Part shown: piece by piece, positions 25,019-30,000 of the stretch
Layout of the letters: every line of letters starts with the position of its first letter
How positions within the stretch are numbered: the stretch's first letter is position 1
Assembly (NCBI RefSeq): GCF_046028095.1
Contig: NZ_JAQQDJ010000003.1
Location: 45,033 to 75,032 of the forward strand
Reading direction: 5' to 3'
Length of the DNA stretch: 30,000 bases
Source: Paraburkholderia phytofirmans
Lineage (GTDB): Bacteria; Pseudomonadota; Gammaproteobacteria; Burkholderiales; Burkholderiaceae
The notes under the pieces: generated by a model
What the model saw: only the letters and a program-made list of their open reading frames with translations
Database searches by the model: none
What the model was told of the DNA's origin: nothing
Made by a program: the position numbers and the translations under genes

Positions 25019-25768
25019 ATGAAAGTTCTGGTGGCGGTTAAGCGAGTGGTGGATTACAACGTGAAGGTTCGGGTCAAGTCGGACGGCACGGGTGTGGATA
25101 TCGCGAACGTGAAGATGTCGATGAATCCGTTCGATGAGATTGCGGTCGAGGAAGCGGTGCGGTTGAAGGAAGCGGGCGTGGTTAGCGAAGTGGTGGCGGT
25201 TTCTTGTGGGGTTGCGCAGTCGCAGGAAACGCTGCGGACGGCGCTGGCTATTGGCGCGGATCGGGCGGTTCTGATTGAGTCTTCTGAGGACCTGCAACCG
25301 TTGGCGGTTGCGAAGCTGCTGAAGGCCATGGTGCATAAGGAGCAACCTTCTCTGGTCATTCTCGGCAAGCAGGCCATCGACGACGATTCGAACCAGACTG
25401 GGCAGATGCTCGCTGCGCTGGCTGGTTTGCCGCAAGCGACGTTTGCTTCGAAGGTTGTCGTCGCTGACGGCAAAGCTACCGTTTCGCGTGAAGTGGACGG
25501 TGGCGCTGAAACGCTGTCGCTGACGCTGCCCGCTGTCGTCACGACCGACCTGCGCCTGAACGAGCCGCGCTACGTCACGCTGCCGAACATCATGAAGGCG
25601 AAGAAGAAACCGCTGGAAGTCCTCAAGCCGGAAGATCTCGGCGTTGATGTCACGCCGCGCCTGAAAACGCTGAAGGTTGTCGAGCCGCCCAAGCGCTCCG
25701 CCGGTGTGAAGGTGCCGGATGTGAAGACGCTGGTCGAGAAGCTGAAGACCGAAGCCAAGGTGCTTTAA
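25019..25768 (+). CDS. etfB: Electron transfer flavoprotein, beta subunit
   Basis: [20 protein letters not shown]....V......[17 protein letters not shown], and [17 protein letters not shown]. 249 aa. Confidence 0.95.
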   Translation: MKVLVAVKRVVDYNVKVRVKSDGTGVDIANVKMSMNPFDEIAVEEAVRLKEAGVVSEVVAVSCGVAQSQETLRTALAIGADRAVLIESSEDLQPLAVAKLLKAMVHKEQPSLVILGKQAIDDDSNQTGQMLAALAGLPQATFASKVVVADGKATVSREVDGGAETLSLTLPAVVTTDLRLNEPRYVTLPNIMKAKKKPLEVLKPEDLGVDVTPRLKTLKVVEPPKRSAGVKVPDVKTLVEKLKTEAKVL

Positions 25769-25795
25769 GTAGAACGGCAACGATGTTGCATGGGG

Positions 25796-25825
25796 CTGGA
25801 GTAAGCGCTAAAGCGCTAACTCCAG
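25796..25825 (+). other. 30-nt imperfect palindrome / stem-loop in the etfB-etfA spacer
   Basis: CTGGAGTAAGCGCT-AA-AGCGCTAACTCCAG gives a 13-bp stem with one A-A mismatch. Read directly. Confidence 0.5.
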
Positions 25826-25845
25826 TCGACACGGAGACAGAGCAA

Positions 25846-26787
25846 ATGACGAATCTGGTTAATCTTGTAATAGCAGAACACGACAACGCGTCGATCAAGG
25901 CCGCGACGCTGAACACGATTGCAGCCGCGCAGAAGATTGGCGGCGATATTCACGTGCTGGTGGCAGGCCACAACGCACAAGCCGCAGCAGATGCAGCAGC
26001 GAAGATTGCAGGCGTGAGCAAAGTGCTGCTGGCCGACGCGCCGCAACTCGAAGCAGGCCTCGCGGAGAACATCGAAGCAACGGTGCTGAACATCGCGAAG
26101 GACTACACGCACATCCTCGCGCCCGCAACGGCCTACGGCAAGAACATCACGCCGCGTATCGCAGCGAAGCTGGATGTCGCGCAGATCAGCGACATCACGG
26201 CGGTGGATTCGGCTGATACTTTTGAGCGTCCGATCTACGCCGGCAACGCGATCGCTACCGTTCAATCGGCTGATCCGATCAAGGTCATCACGGTGCGCAC
26301 GACCGGTTTCGATGCCGTCGCAGCCGAAGGCGGTAGTGCAGCAGTCGAGAAAATCGAAGCGGCAGCGGACAGTGGCATCTCGTCATTCGTGAGCCGTGAA
26401 GTGACGAAGCTGGATCGTCCGGAACTGACGTCGGCGAAGGTCATCGTCTCGGGTGGCCGCGGTCTGGGCAACGGCGAGAACTATACGAAGGTACTCGAAC
26501 CGCTGGCGGACAAGCTGAATGCAGCACTCGGCGCATCGCGCGCAGCGGTCGATGCCGGCTTCGTGCCGAACGACTATCAGGTGGGACAAACCGGCAAGAT
26601 CGTCGCGCCGCAGTTGTACATCGCAGTCGGCATCTCGGGCGCGATCCAGCATCTGGCAGGGATGAAAGACAGCAAGGTGATCGTCGCGATCAATAAAGAC
26701 GAAGAAGCGCCGATTTTCAGCGTCGCCGATTACGGCTTGGTGGGCGATCTGTTCGACACAGTCCCAGAGCTGACCGCATCGGTCTGA
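25846..26787 (+). CDS. etfA: Electron transfer flavoprotein, alpha subunit
   Basis: RBS GGAGA. FAD-binding C-terminal region VVSGGRG.....[17 protein letters not shown]...[27 protein letters not shown]. The ORF-track start at 25783 is rejected. Confidence 0.95.
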   Translation: MTNLVNLVIAEHDNASIKAATLNTIAAAQKIGGDIHVLVAGHNAQAAADAAAKIAGVSKVLLADAPQLEAGLAENIEATVLNIAKDYTHILAPATAYGKNITPRIAAKLDVAQISDITAVDSADTFERPIYAGNAIATVQSADPIKVITVRTTGFDAVAAEGGSAAVEKIEAAADSGISSFVSREVTKLDRPELTSAKVIVSGGRGLGNGENYTKVLEPLADKLNAALGASRAAVDAGFVPNDYQVGQTGKIVAPQLYIAVGISGAIQHLAGMKDSKVIVAINKDEEAPIFSVADYGLVGDLFDTVPELTASV

Positions 26788-26943
26788 AGCATTTCACACA
26801 CCGAGATCAGGCCGCGCAAGACCCGAATCGCGACCGTCGGCGTCGTCCTGGCGGCGACGCCTCATGCGCCGGCGTTAAACTATCTGCATGACAAAATCGA
26901 AGTGTGCGGAACGAACCGCTCAACACCTTGGCAGGAGACAAAG

Positions 26944-27960
26944 ATGGATCCAGCAGCAAAGCGTAAATGGCCGCGTTCGGGACTCGAAACGACGCTGATG
27001 GGTTTCGGCGCAGCGCCGATCGGCAACATCTTCAGGCCGATCAGCGAAGAGGATTCGGCGGCGCTTATCAAAGCCGCGTGGGACGCGGGCGTGCGTTACT
27101 TCGACACTGCGCCCATGTACGGCCACGGTCTGAGTGAAGCGCGCTGCGGGCAGGCTCTGCGCTGGTATCCGCGCGACCAGTTCGTGCTGTCGACCAAAGT
27201 GGGGCGTCTGCTCAAGCCGCGCAAGCGTGCTGAAATCGACTTCACACCGTGGGTCGACGGGCTGCCGTTCGACATGCGTTTCGACTACAGCTACGACGGC
27301 GTGATGCGTTCGATCGAGGACAGCCTGCAGCGCATGGCGCTGGAGCATATCGATATCGCCTTGATTCACGACATCGACGTGTTCACGCACGGCGATGGCC
27401 AGCCGCAGGTGTTCGAGGCCGCCATGAACGGCGCGGCGAAGGCGCTGCTCAAGCTGCGCGACGAGGGTGTCGTCAAGGCCGTGGGTGTGGGCGTGAACGA
27501 GTGGCAGGTCGCGCACGAAGCGATCCGGCGCAGCGACTTCGACTGCCTGTTGCTGGCCGGCCGCTACACGTTGCTGGAACAGGACGCGCTCGACGGCTTC
27601 CTGCCATTGTGCGAGGAGCGTCAGGTGTCGGTGATTCTCGGCGGCGGTTACAACAGCGGCATTCTCGCCACGGGCGCCGTGCCCGGCGCAAAGTACAATT
27701 ACGCGCCCGCGCCGGAAGCGATTCTCGAACGTGCGCGCAAGATCGAGCAGGTGTGCCACGACTTCTCGGTGCCGCTCAAAGCCGCGTCCCTGCAATTCGT
27801 GCTCGGTCACCCGGCTATTCCGACGAATATCCCAGGCGTGCGCAGCGTCGCGCAACTCGAAGACAACCTGCAAACCTTCCGGGCCGACATCCCGGCGGAA
27901 TTCTGGGCCGAATTGAAGCGCCGCGGACTGATTCGCGAGGACGCGCCGACGCCTCGATAG
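26944..27960 (+). CDS. Aldo/keto reductase (possibly an aldose 1-dehydrogenase such as L-fucose/D-threo-aldose dehydrogenase type)
   Basis: RBS GGAGA 5 nt before ATG 26944. AKR pattern: GFGAAPIGN, FDTAPMYGHGLSE, and a (beta/alpha)8 length of 338 aa. The substrate assignment is inference only. Confidence 0.8.
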   Translation: MDPAAKRKWPRSGLETTLMGFGAAPIGNIFRPISEEDSAALIKAAWDAGVRYFDTAPMYGHGLSEARCGQALRWYPRDQFVLSTKVGRLLKPRKRAEIDFTPWVDGLPFDMRFDYSYDGVMRSIEDSLQRMALEHIDIALIHDIDVFTHGDGQPQVFEAAMNGAAKALLKLRDEGVVKAVGVGVNEWQVAHEAIRRSDFDCLLLAGRYTLLEQDALDGFLPLCEERQVSVILGGGYNSGILATGAVPGAKYNYAPAPEAILERARKIEQVCHDFSVPLKAASLQFVLGHPAIPTNIPGVRSVAQLEDNLQTFRADIPAEFWAELKRRGLIREDAPTPR

Positions 27961-27994
27961 TCGCCGGCATTGAAGGCATGCATCGACAACACCG

Positions 27995-29068
27995 CTACAC
28001 GCTGCCGTTTTCAACGACGCGGCCTTCCGCACGCCAGCGCAGCATACCGCCTGGAAGGTTGGCGACCCGTTCGAATCCGGCCTGGCGCAGCATGACCGTG
28101 GCTTGTGCCGAGCGTCCACCGGCCCGGCAAACCGTCACGATCGGGCGGTCCTTCGTCAGTTCTGCGGTCCGCCCGGCCAGTTCGCCCAATGAAATGAGCC
28201 TGGCTGCGGGAATGCGCCCCAACGGTCCGTTGAATTCTTCAGGCTCCCGCACATCGACGATTTCGACCGCGCGCAGATTTTCCTCAAGCCACTGCGCGTT
28301 GATTTCCCAGATGCCCGCAAAGCTGCAGGTCAGCGGCGCCCAATCGGGCTCGGTCATCTGCGTGGGGACGCTCGCCGCCAAGCCGCATTTCAGATTCGCG
28401 GGCACCGCTACGTCGATCTGCTTCGGATGCGGCAGGTGCAGGTTCGTCATGTATCCGGTGAAATCCTCTTCACACAGCTCACCGCCAAGGCGCGGATTGA
28501 AGCGCCGCTCTTCGCCCACGCTCGTGACCGTCAAACCGCGATAGTCGTGAGCCGGGTAGAGCAGGCACGCGGTGGGCAGCGTGAAAATCTGCCCATGCAC
28601 CGCGCGAAACATGGTGTGCGCGTCGCCGCGCTGGAAATCCGTGCGGCCCGTGCCTCGGATCAACAGGCAATCGCCGGTAAACGCCATGGTCTCGTTGTCG
28701 AGTACGAGCGTGATGCAGCCATCGGTATGCCCCGGTGTCGCGCGTATCGTCAGATATCTCGTGCCGAACTCGACTTTGTCGCCGTGGCTCAGATAGCGGT
28801 CCGCGCCTTCGGCGCCGCTCGCAGCCGATATCGCAATGCGGCTGCCTATGCGGCGATTCAGCATCCACGCACCGGTTACGTGATCGGCGTGGACGTGGGT
28901 GTCGATCGTATAAAGCAGATGCAAGCCGAGTTCTTCGATCAGGGCGGCATCCCGGCGCACCTGTTCGAATACCGGATCGACCAGTACCGCCTCTCGCGTC
29001 GTGCTATCGGCAAGAAGATAGGTGTAGGTCGACGATTGCTGATCGAATAGCTGCCGGAAGATCAACAC
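27995..29068 (-). CDS. Persulfide dioxygenase (ETHE1-like MBL fold) fused to a C-terminal rhodanese domain
   Basis: N-terminal (M)LIFRQLFD..S.TYTYLL, metal motif THVHADH, ATPGHT, FTGD.LL.RG.GRTDF, and a rhodanese active-site loop CRAGGRS in the last 110 aa. GTG 29068 has GGAG 7 nt upstream. Confidence 0.9.
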   Translation of the reverse strand: MLIFRQLFDQQSSTYTYLLADSTTREAVLVDPVFEQVRRDAALIEELGLHLLYTIDTHVHADHVTGAWMLNRRIGSRIAISAASGAEGADRYLSHGDKVEFGTRYLTIRATPGHTDGCITLVLDNETMAFTGDCLLIRGTGRTDFQRGDAHTMFRAVHGQIFTLPTACLLYPAHDYRGLTVTSVGEERRFNPRLGGELCEEDFTGYMTNLHLPHPKQIDVAVPANLKCGLAASVPTQMTEPDWAPLTCSFAGIWEINAQWLEENLRAVEIVDVREPEEFNGPLGRIPAARLISLGELAGRTAELTKDRPIVTVCRAGGRSAQATVMLRQAGFERVANLPGGMLRWRAEGRVVENGSV

Positions 29069-29172
29069 GATTTCGCTCCGCGGCCCGCTCCTGCGAGCGC
29101 TTGAAGATGGCGGCCCATACGGTGTCGCCGATTACTCCACAGGCAGTCTAATAGAGCGCTGCCCCGTTCAGA

Positions 29173-29198
29173 GGCCCGGGTGCAGGAATGCACCCGGG
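29173..29198 (-). terminator. 11-bp perfect hairpin downstream of the peroxiredoxin gene
   Basis: GCCCGGGTGCA-ggaa-TGCACCCGGGC. A second 7-bp hairpin lies at 29210-29231. No clear U-tract. Confidence 0.45.
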
Positions 29199-29256
29199 CT
29201 CGCTTCGCACGCCGGACTTCGCACCGTCCGGCGCGCACCGCTCCAGTTCGCGCGCG

Positions 29257-29913
29257 TTACTTCGGTTGCGCAACGTAGCGCAGATAAGGCTTCACGGTTT
29301 TGAAACCCTGCGGATATTTTTGCGTTGCGGCATCGTTGGAAACGGATGTCGGAATGATGACGTCTTCACCCGGTTTCCAGTTCACCGGTGTCGCCACCGT
29401 GTGTTTCGCGTTGAGTTGCAGCGCATCGAGCAGGCGCAATACTTCGTCGAAATTGCGGCCCGCGCTCATCGGATAGACAAGCATGGCCTTGACCTTCTTG
29501 TCCGGGCCGATGAGAAACACCGAGCGCACAGTCGCGTTGTCGACCGCGGTGCGCGGCCCGCCGCCGCTAGCTTCGGGGTGGATCATGTCGTAGAGCTTCG
29601 CGACCTTCAGGTCCGAGTCGCCGATCAGCGGGTAATTGACTGCGTGGCCCTGCGTCTCGGCGATATCTTTGACCCACGCCGTATGGTCGCTGACCGGGTC
29701 GACGCTGAGCCCGATAATTTTCGTGTTGCGCTTATCGAATTCCGGCTTGAGGCCCGCGAGGTATCCGAGTTCCGTGGTGCAAACGGGCGTGAAATCCTTC
29801 GGATGCGAAAACAGGACTGCCCAATGGTCGCCGATCCATTCGTGAAAGTGGATCGTGCCTTCGGTGGTTTCCGCGGTGAAATCGGGAGCGTCTTCTCCTA
29901 ATCGAATAGACAT
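29257..29913 (-). CDS. 1-Cys peroxiredoxin (Prx6/LsfA-like)
   Basis: APDF.A.T..G.I.FH.W.GD.W..LFSHP.DFTPVCTTELG signature with the single peroxidatic Cys. 218 aa. RBS GGAGA. Confidence 0.92.
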   Translation of the reverse strand: MSIRLGEDAPDFTAETTEGTIHFHEWIGDHWAVLFSHPKDFTPVCTTELGYLAGLKPEFDKRNTKIIGLSVDPVSDHTAWVKDIAETQGHAVNYPLIGDSDLKVAKLYDMIHPEASGGGPRTAVDNATVRSVFLIGPDKKVKAMLVYPMSAGRNFDEVLRLLDALQLNAKHTVATPVNWKPGEDVIIPTSVSNDAATQKYPQGFKTVKPYLRYVAQPK

Positions 29914-30000
29914 CGTTAGTCTCCATAGGTTGGGTGCACCAAGGTTCGAGTGCCACGGCCGGAGCGAGGTCCGCCGGGCTGCCGGAGTGTTGAGTGGCGA

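Noticed and set aside
24338-25780. 480-aa minus-strand ORF spanning the permease 2 and etfB genes
   Set aside because: It runs antisense across two unmistakable genes and their spacer, and its translation is low complexity (R/H/L/N runs).
7750-26943. Upstream-extended starts given by the ORF track (7750, 10921, 11171, 12412, 16841, 16950, 20357, 21334, 25783, 26902)
   Set aside because: In each case an internal ATG or GTG is preceded by a GGAG-type RBS, or gives the canonical family N-terminus or signal peptide. The extensions overlap neighbouring genes or are compositionally odd.
26920-28544. 399-aa minus-strand (26920-28119) and 431-aa plus-strand (27249-28544) ORFs overlapping the AKR and PDO-rhodanese genes
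   Set aside because: Both cross the convergent gene boundary and are Arg/Ala-rich. The called frames contain the family motifs.
29173-29198. Possible sigma54 (-24/-12) promoter GGTGCATTCCTGCA upstream of the PDO-rhodanese gene
   Set aside because: The GG-to-GC spacing is one nucleotide short of the consensus. The sequence is simply one arm and the loop of the 11-bp hairpin downstream of prx.
29933-29940. GGTGCACC palindrome upstream of the peroxiredoxin gene as a possible OxyR or other operator
   Set aside because: Only 8 nt, and the flanks are not symmetric. It is too short to distinguish from chance, and the promoter region is cut by the window edge.
1-30000. Search for mobile elements, CRISPR arrays, tRNA/rRNA genes, toxin-antitoxin pairs or defence-system hallmarks (nucleases, helicases, methyltransferases, ATPase-effector pairs)
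   Set aside because: I saw no transposase, integrase or recombinase-like ORF, no terminal inverted repeats flanking a block, no spaced direct-repeat array and no cloverleaf-like or rRNA-like sequence. I also saw no small paired ORFs, and every sizeable ORF has a metabolic or transport assignment, or is one of the two unknown-function genes discussed above.

Overview
GC-rich, densely coding segment with strong G/C preference at third codon positions. By inference it resembles a Burkholderiaceae (Paraburkholderia/Burkholderia-type) chromosome or chromid. I call 27 protein-coding genes. I could find no rRNA, tRNA, CRISPR array, transposase, integrase or phage gene.

The content is catabolism and transport:
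1. The 3' part of an L-fuconate dehydratase gene, cut by the window edge.
2. A LysR regulator divergent from an operon of HpcH-type aldolase, COG3618 lactonase, a 383-aa orphan protein, an aromatic-acid-type MFS transporter and a seven-bladed EAR/EPTP-like propeller. A porin gene follows.
3. A minus-strand six-gene operon (acyl-CoA dehydrogenase, SDR, DUF993, Dabb, xylose-isomerase-fold TIM barrel, Gfo/Idh/MocA oxidoreductase), divergent from a YdiF-type CoA-transferase.
4. A TetR regulator divergent from aldehyde dehydrogenase and GMC oxidoreductase genes, followed by a four-gene sugar-type ABC importer.
5. etfBA.
6. An aldo/keto reductase.
7. A persulfide dioxygenase-rhodanese fusion and a 1-Cys peroxiredoxin.

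There is no obvious defence, toxin or mobile system. The best candidates for undescribed biology are two catabolic gene sets that combine recognisable enzymes with proteins of no assigned function:
- the LysR-controlled operon at 2.3-7.7 kb, with the orphan protein and the prokaryotic EAR/EPTP-like propeller;
- the hybrid keto-sugar plus acyl-CoA operon at 9-16 kb, which may be co-regulated with the TetR/ALDH/GMC/ABC/ETF genes downstream.

All family calls come from reading the translations and recalling motifs. No search was run, so the calls are hypotheses of varying strength.
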